64,000 bases of DNA, taken from the NCBI RefSeq assembly GCF_018977255.1, contig NW_024704742.1, forward strand, positions 102,860,001 to 102,924,000, written 5' to 3'. The notes beneath the pieces were generated by a model that was given only the letters and a program-made list of their open reading frames with translations, searched no databases and was not told the origin of the DNA. The translations under genes and the position numbers were made by a program. The DNA is from Callorhinchus milii. Taxonomy: Eukaryota. Position 1 is the stretch's first letter, and each line of letters begins with the position of its first letter. Below are positions 1 to 14,190 of this stretch, one piece after another.

Positions 1-3000
1 AATGCAAACTTTTGTAAATAAACTACAACCTTTAACGTCTTACTTGCTAAACATGACTAGGGCAATTATGAAGAATAACAGAATAGTTCACTGAAATATA
101 GCAGTAGATTTCCTACATCACGTTCAGAATATAAGCATTGCACCAAAAGGTAAGATTCATCTGCATCAATCCAGCAATACAATTTTCAGGTAGGAGTAGA
201 CCATTGCTCCACCTAAATTCTATCCAAACTACCCAAATATTCTTTCAACACATCATCATCAACATCTAATTGTTTAAAATCCTTTAAATTTCCAGGAACT
301 AGATCCAAATCATTTTATTGCTCCTTGTTCCATGGTCTGTGCTGGTACACAGCCCTTTACTGAACACAATTCTCCTAAATTTCCTATTTGCTTTGGTTGT
401 CTTTTTTTTTGATAACTTTAATTTTTTATATGGAAGTAAACTTGATTTGCATCCAAATTTAATAAGAATTCCTGAATTTGATAAAGAGTCTTGTATATCA
501 GGAGGATATCTCAAATCACTTCACAGAATACGCTCTAATGTAAAGACTGTATTGTGTAGGCAAATGCAGCAGCCAATTTTAAGTGCAGGAATGTCCCACA
601 AACAGCCATGAAGTGAATGACCATTTTAACTGGGGATTGTCGCCAAGATATCGGGACAGACTCCCTTGTATTTTCGAGTAGTGCTATGGAATCTTTAAAG
701 TCCACTACGTACTGTAATACAATCAAAATGTTTCACCATGATAAGGCACTATAAAAATGTAAGTTCTTCCTATTTTTAGATAGCTTACAGGAGAGATTGG
801 TTGACTGGCTCACTTTTATTCTCTCCTTTCGAGAAAATTCTCAGTGGTGCAGCTGCAATTAGGTACTCACCACTTGAGAAAAATACAGATGCCACATATT
901 ATCTAATCTTTCCTCAAACTGTGCTTTCAAGCTGCAATTTTTTAAAAAAAAAACTTGTGTAAACCTATTGATTAATCTTTAAAGAAAGAATATTAATTAG
1001 CTTGTCCTTTTCAACCCAAGTTAGAGTAATCCAGAATCAAAAATAACACCGAGCATTATTCACAGTTCAGTGATTTGAATTCTCTGCCAATAACGTGATG
1101 TGAATCGGCTTCAACAAATCCCAGCAATGCAGCTGCCGGTACTGAATGGAAAGGCTTCAGTCAAACCACAGTGCAAATAAAGCCATACAGATTCCAGAGA
1201 AGGTAACATACACACTCCAAGATGACAAGACAATGAAACAAACCACTAGAAGCTGTACAGGCTGTGTCCTTGCTAGAATGCACATCTGTAAATAGAATTA
1301 ATATTTGAAAGGCAGCAGGGAAAGCTGTATACAAGCACGTTGCAGACAGTAGAACATTTAAACCGGACTACAGGATTGATGGAATAGAACAAATTAGGAC
1401 TGGCTATTTTACAATAGATTTTACAAACATTATAATCCTAGTTAAATCTTCCAGATATCATTTAGCAAAGAGTGTTTTAATTCATCTTCCTCCACTCCAT
1501 CACTTAATCTGACAAGAAAGGTGCGTGTCTGTAATATGTAGACACCTGTGATTTCTCAGTGGGTAAATGCAGTGGTGTGGCACTTACAAGATACTGTGTT
1601 GAGAAGACCGAATCTCACCTCAGGTCACTTGCCAACATCCACTGAACATAGGCTCTCAATTGCAAGCTTCAGAAATAATTTGTAAAAAGTCTGGAACTGT
1701 GCTTGGTCACAGATCTCTTACTAGGTGCTGAGATTACAAATTGGAAGTCAAAACCTAGATTCGAATCAACAGAGTTCCAAGGGGGCAAAACCAGGATGTG
1801 CAGGCTTTGCTATTTACTAATTCGGCTATAAATTCACCCACTTCAGCATTAGCAAATTGATCCAATGGGGATTTTCTTTTAGTCTTTGGATCTTAGCCAG
1901 TACAACATGTTGCCAAATTTTAAATAATCCCATTGTTTTAAAACAAAACAAGCATATAAAGCACCACTGCATTACCACAAAAATGGTTTCAGAAAGATAA
2001 ATTCAATCCCACCATTAGCAGCAGTACAGCTTCTGAGCAGCACTGATTTTTTGGTGAATTCCATACACATCAAACATATTGCATACATTATACACAGACC
2101 CTATCTGAGACTTTGTGCACAGGACAAAATGGGCAACACTGGGACTCCTGTCAAGTGATCTGAAAGTGTTATATTGATCTGAACTGCTCCATCATCATTG
2201 TCATCATCATAATCCTTGCATTTGATATACTGGTATATAATAAAACACACTTGATGTATAAGACATTTTTTATGTCTGGAGGATATCTAAAAGCATTTCA
2301 CGGGATTTATTGTAAAATGCAGCAATTGCAAGCAACATTATCCTGATAGTTATAAAGAAGGCAATCTCGCCACTTAATGTTTGTCAAACCTGGACCATAT
2401 GTGGTTAATACACTAAACACAGCAAATGGTCAGAAGTAGGTAGTCCTTCAGATAGGATGTTAAAGTGAGATTCTGTCTGCCTGTTCAGGAGGACATTAAA
2501 TATCCTATATCACTAGGGAGGTGTCCTGGCCAACAATCTCTCAAGTAAGAAGAAAGCCATGGTGCTTGAGGTTTACTCCTATAGTTCTAGATATCACTTG
2601 AATTTCAACTAGTTAACATACCTCTGCAGGTCTCCAGGGAAAGAAGAAAACCACTGCCCAGAATCCCAGGGTAAGATATCTCTGGTTAGCCCAGCAGTCA
2701 TGAGGTTGAAGGCCAGGATCCGAGGTTGAGGGTTAGAGCCCAGTAGCAGGCACCAGGCTCCTCAGACATGATCAGTCATTAATGACATTCAGCAAGTGTG
2801 CCCAACAGAAGCAGACAAAAAACAGACCGTAAACCTCCCCTCCCCACATTACACCAGAACTGTGTATCTCAGAAAACTATCAGAAGTCAGCAGAAGCAGA
2901 ATGTAATCAAGACTGTGAATATTTGAACCCAGTGATGTTCTCAAGTCATTTGCCATCAATTAATAACATGGAATCCATGGTAATATTCCTCTCTCATCCA

Positions 3001-3302
3001 ACAGATGAACTGTGACACATTGCCTCATTACTGGTATAGTTCATCTTGTTTACCTAGACATAATTACTACACTTCACAATAAGGTATCGTGAGAAGTACT
3101 TCGAGAGGTAATATAGAAAATATATTAATTACTGTTCTTTATATTAATGTACAAAGTAATCAGGGTCTCCTTGCATTTGAATTGGCTCCAAGGTGGCACG
3201 TTTGGCAACAGAATGTCAGAATTAAGCCAGCCCTCTGTGGTGGTCTTCATAGCCTAGTTTCTAAGACAGGCAGCTCCTCAGTAATCCAGAGCAATGCTGG
3301 TA

Positions 3303-6300
3303 GAATCATAGAATTATACAGCACAAAGGGAGGCCATTCGGCCCATCGTGTCTGTTCCGGCTCTTTGAAAAGAGCTATCCAAATCAATCCCATTCCCCCG
3401 CTCTCTCCCCAGAGCCCTGCAAATTTGTCCTCCCCAAATAATTATCTATTCTCTTGAAAGCTGTTATCAAATCGGCTTCCACCACCTTTCAGGCGATGCA
3501 TTCCAGATCCGAACAACTCGCTGTGTGAAAACATTTCTCCTCACCTGTTTCTTTTAACAACTATTTTCAATCGGTGTCCTCGGGTTACCAACCCACCCGC
3601 CAGTGGAAATAATTTCTCCTTGTTCACCCTATCGAATCCCCTCATAGTTCTGAAAACTTCTATTAAGTCTCCTCTTAAACTTCTCTGTTCCAAAGAGAAT
3701 AATCCTAGCTTTTCTAGTCTCTCCTGATAACTGAAGTCCTTCATTCCTGGTACCATCCTGGTAAATCTCCTTTGCATCCTCTCCAATGCCTTGACATCCT
3801 TCCTAAAGTGTGGTGCCCAGAACTGAACACAGTACTCTAGCTGAGGCCTAACCAATGTTTTATAAAGCTTCATCATAACTTCCTGACTTTTGTATTCTAT
3901 GCCTCTATTTATAAATCCTTGTATCCCGTATGCTTTTTTTTTTTAAAAAACAACTTTATCTACCTGTCCGGCCACCTTCAAATATTTACTTATATGAACC
4001 CCCAGGTCTCTCTGTTCCTTCACCCCCTTTAAGATTGTACCATCAGCTTATATTGCCTCTCCTCATTCTTCCTCCCAAAAAGTATCACTTCACATTTCTC
4101 CACATTAAACTTCATCTGCCACGTGTCTGCCCATTTCACCAGTCTGTCTATGTCCCCTTGCAGTCTGCTACTATCCTCCTCACTGTCTACTCCTATTCCA
4201 AGCTTAGTATTTGCAAAGTTGGGTATAGGGAGTACAATTTCCAAGTCCAGGTTATTTATATAGATCAAAAACAGCAGTGGTCCCAATATTAATCCCAGGG
4301 GGATACCACTGCACACTTCCCTCCAGTCAAAAAAACAACCGTTCACCACCACTCTCTGCTTTCTGTCTTCCAGTTCTTTTCTGTATCCATGCTGCCACTG
4401 TCCCTTTAATACCGTGAGCTTCTATTTTGCTGACAAGTCTTATGTGGCACTTTATCAAACGCCTTTTGAAAATCCATATAAACTACATCAATTGCACTAC
4501 TTTCATCCACCCTCTCCGTTATTTCACCAAAAAAAACTCTTATCAGGTTTGTTAGCCATGATTTGCCTTTAACAAATCTGTATTGGCTGTCCTTTATTAA
4601 CCCATATTTTTCTATTTTTCTCCCAAATTATAGTCTCTGGAAGTTTCCCCATTACTGACGTTAAACTGATTGGCCTGTAGTTCCTGGGTTATCCTTTTGG
4701 CCCTTTTTGTACAGGGGAGTAACATTTGCAACCCTCCAGTCCTTTGGCATTACCCCGGTGTCCAAGGAGGATTGTAACATTGTGGCCAGAATCTCCCTCA
4801 GTAACCCAGGAAGCATCCTGTCCAGACTGGGTGACTTATCTACCTTGAGCAATGACAACCTTTTTAGTACCTCATCTCGGTTTATTCCCAACCAATTTCT
4901 CTTCCCTCTCCAATACTGTGGCATTGGCTGCATCCTCTTCTTTTGTGAAGATAGATGCAAAGTACTCATTCAGTACGTCAGCCATGCCCTCTGCCTCTAC
5001 AAGAAGATTTCCTCTTTAGTCCGTAATTGGACCCTACCTTAGTGTTCCCTTTTATGTTACCTGCTAATCTTTTCAACAAGACCGAGGCTCTCCTGATTGG
5101 CTCCCGTCAGTGCCTCCTCACCTCAGGCGCTGACAGCATCACCATCCATGGTTGCACACTGAGCCAGTCTGGAACCTTGGTGTCTTGTTTGACCCTCAAC
5201 TATCCTTTCTACCCCACATTTGACCGTGACCCGCTCTGCCTTCCTCCACCTCCGCAACGTCGCCCAGCTCCGCCTCTGTCTCACTCCACCAAAACCCTCA
5301 TACATGTTTTCATTACATCCAGGCTTGACTATGCAAACTCTCTGCTTGTTGGTCTCCCCAACTCCTCCCTCCATAGGCTGCAGATCATCAAGAACTCTGC
5401 AGCTCGTTTACTCTCCCACACCAGGCTCCATGACCCTATGACCCCCATCCTCGCCCAACTCCACTGGCTTCCCATCACACAGAGGATACAGTTCAAGATC
5501 CTGGTCCTCACCTTGAAAGCCCTCCACGGTCTTGCTCCCCACTACCTCTCCGATCTCCTAACCCAATACCACCCTAATCGCACTCTCTGCTCTCAGGCTC
5601 TGGCCTGCTTCACAGCCCCCGCCTTGCTTGCCCCACTATCGATGGGCGGGCCTTCCGCCACTCTGCACCCACCCTCTGGAACTCCAGCCCTCAGTCCCTC
5701 CGTCTCGCCCCCTCTCTCACCACCTTCAAGATCCACCTGAAGACCCTCCTCGTCGACCGTGCCTTCGATCTCCCTGCTTTCCCCACTGCCTCCCCACCCC
5801 GACCCTCAGCTCGGGTCCATAACTCTGACTGTCCAGCGTCTTGGGACGTCTTCCCGACATGAAAGGCGCTATACAAATGTAATTTTGTCGTTGTTTTTCT
5901 CATATAATCTCTTTGCCTCTTTTATTTCCTTTTTCAGTTCTCCTCTGTACTTTCTATATTCTGTTTAATTATCTTCTGTATTTTGGACCTGACATTTCCT
6001 TTTTCTGCTTTATTTTAGTTCCAATTTCCTTAGTCACCCAGGGAGGTTTAGATGCCATACCTTTGTGGGAATGTATTTTTTCTGTCCCCGAATTATCTGC
6101 TCCTTGAAGGCTTCCCATTACTCGTTAGCTGTTTTACCCGCCAATCCTTCTTTCCAGTCCATTTTGGCTAGTTCCCTTTTTAACTCACTGAAATTAACCC
6201 TCTTCCAGTTGAGTATCTTCACCTTTGATTACCCCTTGTCCCTTTCCATAAGTACTCTAAACCTGTTATGTTGTGTTCACTGTTGTCCAGATGCTTTCCT

Positions 6301-7020
6301 ACTGAAACCTGCTCCACTTGCCCCACTTCATTCCCCAGGACTAGATCCAGCACTGCTTCCTTCCTCGTTGGGCTGGAAACAATATGATCCAGAAAGTTAT
6401 CCTGCACACATTTCAGGAATCCTTCCCCTCCTTGCCCTTTATACTGTTATTTTGCCGGTCTATGTGAGGATAATTGAAGTCCAACATTACCACTACTCTA
6501 TTGGTTTTGCATCTTTTTGAAATCTGCTTGGCAGATCTGCTTGTCTATCTCCTTCCCACTATTTGGTGGGGGTCTATAGTATACACCTAACAAAGTAACA
6601 GCCCCTTTTTTACTCCATAGCTCCAACCAAATAGATTCTGGTTTTGGACCCTCTAGCACATTGTCCCTTTCCAGGGCCATAACCATGTCTTTAATCAATA
6701 TTGCCAGCCCCCAGCCCCCCCACCACCTCCTTTTTTTTCCTTCCCTATCCCTCCTGAATACATTGTAGCCAGGAATATTCAGCTCCCATTCCTGCTTTGT
6801 TTGAGCCAGGTCTCAGTTATTGCCACTATATCATAGCCCCATGTAGCAACTTGAGCCTGCAGCTCACCAATCTTATTTGTCACACTCTGCATTTACGCAC
6901 ATGCACTCCAAGACCGAATGAGTCTGCACTGCATTTCTCCCTCGTCTAATTCCTTCTTTTCCTGGATTATTTCTGATTACATTGCTATTCATCTCTCCCA
7001 GCCCTCTATGTAACTTGATA
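3303..7020 (-). mobile_element. CR1-clade LINE relic (endonuclease to RT to 3' tail) with a nested L2
   Basis: ORF fragments [76 protein letters not shown]; (ATTCTATG)-type tail at 3303. Boundaries are defined by the empty site at about 63890. Confidence 0.9.
5075..5894 (+). mobile_element. L2-clade LINE 3' fragment nested in a CR1
   Basis: ORF SRLDYANSLL...LHWLPITQRIQFKILVLTLKALHGLAP; stem-loop tail with (TTG)n; TTTTC duplicated at both ends. Confidence 0.9.
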
Positions 7021-7132
7021 TCAGCCTAGCCAGCCTGGCTTATTGGTTGACCGGTCACCGGGGGCAGGTTAAACTCCAGCAGTACCATAAAGTATTTTGG
7101 GTCCTGAAGCCTTGGCTCTTGCCAACCTGAGC

Positions 7133-7310
7133 CTAATAATAATAATCCTTGCATTTGATATAACGCTGTTTCACGTCTTCTCAACGTCTCAAAGCGCTTC
7201 ACAGAAAATACTGTAAAGTGAATTGATTGTATATTTGTGGGCGAAATGCGGCAGCCAATTGCACACAGCAATGTCCCACAAACAGTCATGGATTGAAAAT
7301 GAGATAAAAA
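7133..7310 (-). mobile_element. SINE 3' half; similar fragments at about 520-765, 17816-17932, 20760-21010, 30185-30295, 32012-32122, 55165-55275, 60320-60440 and 63230-63320
   Basis: Shared cacaaatatacagtcaattcactttacagt...tatcaaatgcaaggattatt motif. Confidence 0.85.
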
Positions 7311-8329
7311 TGTTAAAAAAATAATACTCTGGAATCAGGCGAGCAGGATCTTCCCTCTGGGAAGAGAGTGCACATTCCATTCCAAATACAGGGATTTCTA
7401 TTTGCAAGTGACATAGAACACGGTTTGGTTTGGATATTCTTAAGCTCATTGACAAGTTCCCACATGTGTCAGACACCTGGCTAACCAAAAAACACAAAAA
7501 GGTAATTCCTCTGTAAAACCAGGTGTCTGTTTTCTCAGTAAATCCCTCTCTTCTGGACAGTTAACTCCACTCTAACCATGATCATTTCCTATCCATATGG
7601 TACTCTCAATAATGCAACCCACAGGATGAGTCCACTTCCAAATGTACGTGGATGACAACCAACTCTACTGTCCTGCCTTCATCCTTGACAACCGCTGTCC
7701 TGACAGGCATCAAGTCATGTGTGAGCCTTAAACCCTCTTTCAACTGAATGTGAAACCTTTCTGCTTTGGTTCACCATTGGCTCTGCCTCTAGCAATCTCC
7801 CAGAGGTCAAAAAAATTCCTCATGTCGTAAAGCAGTCTTCTTGCCATCATTCTCTGAAGCAAATTTTGCTCAGAAAGTCTCAGTGGCCAACGACAAAAGA
7901 TACATATTAACAAGGGAAAATTAAATATCAAAAGCTTCTCAAAGGAAGATGAAAATAAAAAGTTTCCAGTCTGTATACAGTACGAACACTGAACACTTGG
8001 AAGTACATTCATGTTTTAACACGTTGACCGAATTTGGAGCGAACGTGTAAATCACTGAGCTTTTCTCACAGTTTTGAGAGATTCTGCAAACTCCCCACCG
8101 AGTAACACGCTCCCACAGCTGTTTATACTACAACTTCAATTTTATAGACCTTGAAATAGTCTTCCAATGTGACAGGAAACCTCACAGTTTCCAACATTCC
8201 AATACAAATAAACTGGACTTCATCCTAAAACCATACCAACAGTCAGAAACCTAAAAAGGAGACATGTTCAACATCAATAACGAAAAAGGAAAATGTGTTA
8301 AGTTACAAAATAAACACTTTATACAACAA

Positions 8330-8640
8330 GGGAAACAGGTACAGCAGAGTCGTGATAAATAGAAAGAAGCTATTTCACTGGATGGTGAGGTCAGTAACTA
8401 CAGGTGTAAATTTAAAACTCATCATTACAAAAATAAAGGGAGAGGTTAGATTTTTTTTGTTAAGACATGGAACACTATACCAAAGATAGTGGTTGATACG
8501 TAATTGCTGAGAGCTTTTAAAAAGGAATTAGGCAAAATAAATTTATAAAAGAATATGGGAAAAGGTCAGGGGAGTGAGACTAAATGGATAACATTCACAG
8601 GCACAATGGGTTGAATGACCTCCTTTCAGTGGCCTCCTTT
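8330..8640 (+). mobile_element. Degenerate CR1 3' fragment
   Basis: ORF NRKKLF...SVTTGVNLK and a 3'UTR-like gggttgaatgacctcct. Confidence 0.6.
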
Positions 8641-9013
8641 CTTAAAAACAAACAGCGGTAAAAGCATCTGGTTTGAGATGCATTCGAAACACAAGATGGA
8701 GACTCGCAAGCTTGACAAGCGTAACAAAAAGAAAATGTTGCAAAATGGTTTACATTACAGAATAAAAAAAATTCGCCCAATATCTTGCACGAATCTTGGA
8801 GGTGATTGACATACAACATTCTTGGTGCCGGTTTAATAAATTTTTAAACAGAAAGTTTTGAGTCCCAAATTCTTGGTACGTTTGAGAAATGGGATGCACT
8901 TAACTGCGAGCAGCAAATGAAACTAAAGCAAAGTGTATCAGACAAATAAGCTCTCTTCCACTGATCGCCAACACACACATTCATCGTGAATCAACATCAT
9001 CAATAGTTATTAC

Positions 9014-9085
9014 CTTGTCTACGTGGAAAATTAAATCCAGCTCACACACGTTCTCAAAGCATTTGTCTAATGTTTCCACAAACAC
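9014..9085 (-). CDS. AP3S1: AP3S1 coding exon 4 (VFVETLDKCFENVCELDLIFHVDK)
   Basis: Acceptor ttcttaacAG, 72 nt, donor GTAATA; contains the signature FENVCELDLIF. Later exons were not found in 1-9013, so they are presumed to lie left of the window. Confidence 0.96.
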
Positions 9086-9636
9086 CTGTTAAGAAAAATC
9101 AGAAAGAAAAAGATAAGTTTTAAAAATAGTTTGAATCCTATTGGATGGAGTGCACAAAAAACATAAAATCCGTCGGCAACACAGACCATAGTCTGAAAGC
9201 ACTTTCCTTTTAAGAGGGTCATTCTTTGTGAGAGTGATGAACATGTGTGAACAACAGTGCTAGAAAACTTTCATTTGAGAGACTCTGAAGCCACTGTCTA
9301 ATGAGGCAATGTGAAGCTAATGTGCGGGAACTACCACTGATTTTGCTTTAATGAAAAAACAATTTTTTTTCAATTCCCAATAGTTGTTGGGAAGTGGTTG
9401 TTCATAAACTTCTGACTAAATTACTAAATTAAACGTTAAGATAACAGAGGAGGGAGGGAGGGAGGGCAGGAAAGAAGCAAGTTCCGATCCAAGGGCAACA
9501 CATTTACACAAACTCTTGGGGATGAGCATATTCTGACAGATGATGTGTAATACGCAAACGTCTGAGAATAAACAGATTTATCCAAGAAACACAGAAACAC
9601 AATAATAATAATCCTTGGATTTGATAGAGCACCTTA

Positions 9637-10330
9637 TTAGGTTCGACCCCCAATTATCCTTCCTCCCCCACATCCGGTCCCTCACCAGCACCGCTTTCTT
9701 CCACCTCCAACGCATTGCCCGTCTCCACCAATACCTCTCTCCGAAAGCCGCTGAAATCCTGGCCCCTGCCTTTGTCACCTCTCAGCTGGACTACTCTCAT
9801 GCCCTCCTCGCCGGCCTCCCATCCACAAAATCCAGATTATTCAAAACTCTGCCGCCCGCATTCTCACCCGCACCAAACTCCACTCCCTGATTACCCCAGT
9901 CCTTGCCAGACTGCACTGGCTGCCTGTCCCAGAGAGGATCGATTTCAAGATCCTCACCCTTGCCTTCAAATCCCTCCACTCCTCTGCACCGCCCTATCTC
10001 TCTGACCTCCTCTCTCCTCACAACAGTGACTATTGCCTTCGTTCCTCTGGGTCTGGCCTCCTCCTTGTCCCCCGGGTCCTCTGCTCCACCCTCGGCGGCC
10101 GTGCCTTCAGTCTCTATGCCCCGAGGCTCTGGAACTCCCTTCCTCACTCCCTTTGCCTCACCTCCTCTCTTCCTATTTTCAGGTCTCTGCTAAGACCTTT
10201 CTTTTTGACCGTGCCTTTGATCACCTTCCTCCCCCTCCTCTGGCTTGGCCCTGGGATCCGTTACTGTGAAATGCTCTGTGACTCCATTCGGCGTGGAGGG
10301 TGCTATATAAATCCAAGTTGTTGTTGTTAT
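9637..10330 (+). mobile_element. L2 3' fragment (second tail subfamily)
   Basis: FDPQLSFLPHIRSL...LDYSHALLAGLP; tail ...cggcgtggagggtgctatataaatccaag(TTG)n. Confidence 0.88.
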
Positions 10331-10404
10331 CACGTCTTCAAGATGTTTCAAAGCACATCACAGAATATACTGCAAAGTGAATTCACTGTATATTTGGTGG
10401 GCGA

Positions 10405-10745
10405 AATAGAAACAGGAGTAGGCCATTCAGCCCTTCAAGCCTGTTCCACCATTCTATAAGATGATGGCTGACCGGTACTTCAACTCCAATTAGCCGCCCT
10501 TGCCCCATATCCCTTGATACCCTGACCTAAAAAATATCTATTCACCTCAGTCTTGAAAATGCAAATGGATCCAGAATCCACAACCTTTTAGGGGAAGAGA
10601 GTTCCAGATTTCCACTACTCTTTGGGTGAAAAACTGCTTCCTGATTTCACCTCTAAATTGCCTAGCTCTAATTTTAAGATTATGCCCAATTGTTCTGGAT
10701 TCCCCCACCAGAGGAAACAATTTATCTGTTTCCATCCTATCCACA
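10405..10745 (-). mobile_element. CR1 3' fragment
   Basis: ORF KLFPLVGESRTIGHNLKIR...FFTQRVVEIWNSLP plus a CR1 3'UTR (ggagtaggccattcagccc). Confidence 0.85.
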
Positions 10746-10999
10746 AAGCAAAGGTTTTAGTTTAGTTGGGACACAGCAAAAATAAACAGCACTAGGACAC
10801 CTGCATTATAATCTGCATTAATTAGACAAAAATAGAGTGGAAATTCTGCGTCTATTTAAAAAAAGACTTTCATTTCTTGAAATTATTTAACTTTGTTAAA
10901 ATTTGTTTGAACTTTTAATTGTTCTAATTAAAACACTGACTATGTTTTATGAAGAGGGCAGTTAGTCAAGGGAAAATACCTTTCTGTTTGTTTATTCCA

Positions 11000-11555
11000 A
11001 AACTCTCCAGGCCAGACTCCCCAATTCCTCCTTACACAAATTGCAAACCACCCAGAACTCTGCAGCCCATGTCCTCTTCCGCTCCAGGCACCATGAGCCC
11101 ATCACCCCATCCTCGCTCAGCTCCAATGGCTACCCATCCCCCATTGGATTGAATTTAAGAGTCCGCACTTTCAAATCCTTCCATGGCCTCACCCCACCCT
11201 ACCTCTGTGACCTCTTACAACTCTACCAACCCAGTCGCTTCCTTTGCTCAGCAAATACTGGCCTACTTCATTCCCCCTGCCCTAACCACACCACCATTGG
11301 TGGGTGAACTTTCAGCCATTCTGTCCCCACTCTCTGGAATCGCATCCAGGTCCTTCCCACTCATTCCCTCCCTTTCCACATTCAAAGCCTGCCTCAACAC
11401 AAATCTCTTTGACAACAATTGCAGTCACTTTTCCTCTCCCCTCCCTCTTCGGCCCACACCCACCAGCTCGAGTGCCCAGCCCGCAGTGTGAAGCTCTTTT
11501 GAGACATCCTCCCAATGTGAAAAGTGCTACAGCATATAAATGTAAATTTTATTGT
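11000..11555 (+). mobile_element. Degenerate L2 3' fragment
   Basis: QNSAAHVL...FKSFHGLTPPYLCDLL and a degenerate tail. Confidence 0.8.
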
Positions 11556-13960
11556 AAGTGGTTGAGAAAGTCCTGAAGGAGGTTTCCAGCTCTTACAGCA
11601 CCCTCTGCTGGTCTCACACTCATAATCCACGGCAGACTGGAAATCTTAAAGACCAGCGTTATGAAGCTCACTGTATTGCGTTGAAAACATTTTTACATTA
11701 CTGGCAGAGCTTTTGTTGTGCAAGATACTCTGCAGAGGCTGTCAGTAAGGTCACAGACGCATGCATTCATAGTGCTGGTCTAACCAGCATGATACTAACG
11801 CTGCAAGATGTATCATCCAACAGCTCAAGATGATGACCTGATGTTAATGTACTATCATTCGAATTCCCGACGAAAATCATACATGATGAACTTTCAGTTC
11901 CAATTCCACGGCCACAGCCAGCCTGCTCTCAGCAATCACACTGAGGCTCCTCTGCTAGATTCCTCACTGGTACCATGAGGACTCTGGCAACATGTGTGTT
12001 CTGTACAAAACACATAGGTAGTGGCGCATCAAGGAGTGAAGACAACATTTTTCATCTCGAGAGTGAAGCCTGGCCTGCACTCACACACAAAAGATTCAAA
12101 AAAGGCCATTACAGGGTCTTAAACTCAGAAGGTGATGGGTGAATAGACATTTTAGACTTTACTTCATGAAGTCAACCTCCTGCCTGCCCATTAGAGGACA
12201 TCACTGCTGCTCATACCACTGCCCGTAAGAAGAGTGTGGCTAAGACTGCCATTCTTTAAAAATACACTAAAAAATTCAGAAATTTACATGAAAAGGGATG
12301 GGATGCCTTTCAAACTTGCAATATAATTGCTGCAAGTTTTACAGAACCTTAGAGATGGTGCAGCTGTCTTGTATTACCAATTACACTGTTCTGTGCCAGG
12401 TCATGTTTCCATTAATCTGAAAGATACTGGAAACTCATCAGTACAATCAATCACTGGTAAGTTTCACAGCGCATGTATAGCTCAGACACCCTCCCTCCCA
12501 CCACTATCTGCCAAGGCATTACCACATCTCATTAATGAGCCAGGCAAGTTGGTCAACAATTAAAGCTTTGGATTATTGCTGACAGTTCTGATTTAGGCAG
12601 TAAAATCCTAAGGTAAATCTGCCTATCTACCCAAAAAAGGATATGTTTAGACCTGGTACTCATTTTATCAACCTCCAAAGGGCAACGTGCTGAATGGATT
12701 TTATCAGGATTCAAACCCAAATTCATCTGGTTCCTTTCCTGTGCTTAGTCCAGGAATATAAAGCAATGAAACAGGAACAATCCTTTTTTGCACTTCCACA
12801 TATTGCATGAATTACTTGATTCAAGAATGGCCTATGAAGCAAACCATGATATTTCCTTCAATTTCTAGATTTACTCTTTAAAAATGTATGGATTGCCTGG
12901 GTGATCTCATTAACTAGGAAATATTTAAGTTGCTAAGTAACTAGAAGTTACAATACAACAATACAATTGCCGAAATAATTTATAAGTCTCACAAACCATT
13001 ATCAGGTTACATTCACATCATTTGCTACTCTGGAAATGAGAATATTTAAAGACAAGCAAAAACCCAGGCCACACTGACTGTAATTACTACATTCACTTAC
13101 CACATCGGGCAACTGTGCCGCTTGTTTTGTTTTTCCAGCAACTAGAACTCTTTATCCACTAGCACAAAGTAAAACTTCTCAACATCAATCACTCCCAGAT
13201 AGGCCATGCTCCCTAGCCCACTTATAGTAAACTCCCATTCCAACTCAGTCGTGGCTTGGCTCCCATTCCCTAACACAGTCAACAGAAATTCATTGCATGC
13301 ATCGACCAATAACAATAACAAATTACATTTGTATAGCGCCTTTCACGTCAGGAGGCGGTCTCAATGGACCCTGGGACCAATAATATTGAGAGAAATACAA
13401 CAGATCCTAAACATAAGACACAGAGAGAACACCAGTAAGATGCTCAGCACTTTAAGCAACAAGTGCTGGCTCAGATTGGTGACTGCGGGGGTACGGTCAG
13501 CAGGCTCTTCATCCAAGCCACACCGTGTCGAGTACTACATCCACAACTCTCTCATTGCAGCATCATGTGAAAGCAGCGAAAATCAGAATTCTTCAGAATT
13601 TCACTCTCCATAAACATTTTAAATCAAAACAAAGAAACACAGTGCAAAATCCTCCCCAGAGACAAAATGCTTACGTAAGTCCCAGTGGTTTTAAGATTTA
13701 AAATTATCTGTTGATGACACAACAAGCCAAGCACAAATTAAATGTGCTTTTTGTAAGCATTTCAAGCTCCAGGCTTTGAGAGCCTCAAAGAGAATCCTTC
13801 CCTAAGTAATCGAGACCCACCAAGACTCCTGAACCAATTTTAGCTTTACAAACCCTGAGACCAACAGAGCAAAGCATATTGGATAGATTATTCCACAGTT
13901 GCTCACTGTGATTCAGGAGTGTGTGGAGTCAACAACAAGAGCAAAAAAAATAACATTATG

Positions 13961-14188
13961 CAAAATACTGCAGATGCTGGAAGGAACACTCAGCAGGTCA
14001 AGCAGCATCTATAGAGAAAGGAAAGTAAGTCAATGTTTTGGGAGGACCACTCAGCAGGACAGGCAGCATCTCCCTCCCAACATGCCTCAGCTCTGACGAA
14101 GCGTTGTGGACCCGAAATGTTGACTCACATTCCTTTCTCCATAGATGCTGCCTGACCTTCTGAGTGTTCCCAGCGACTTCTGTTTTTG
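13961..14188. mobile_element. Penelope-like element terminal (pseudo-LTR) fragments in inverted arrangement
   Basis: caaaatactgcagatgctgg...actcagcaggtcaagcagcatct and its reverse complement about 70 nt later; carries a CTGACGA..GAAA motif. Family assignment is from memory of chondrichthyan repeats. Confidence 0.6.
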
Positions 14189-14190
14189 TT

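Noticed and set aside
1..520. AT-rich minus-strand stretch as AP3S1 exon 5 or a viral relic
   Set aside because: No match to the expected VHNILAEMVMGG peptide; the frames contain stops and I recognise no family. BLASTX would settle it.
11883..11945. C/D-box snoRNA (TGATGA...CTGA)
   Set aside because: It lies antisense to the host gene, has no convincing terminal stem and no recognisable guide; such motifs are expected by chance.
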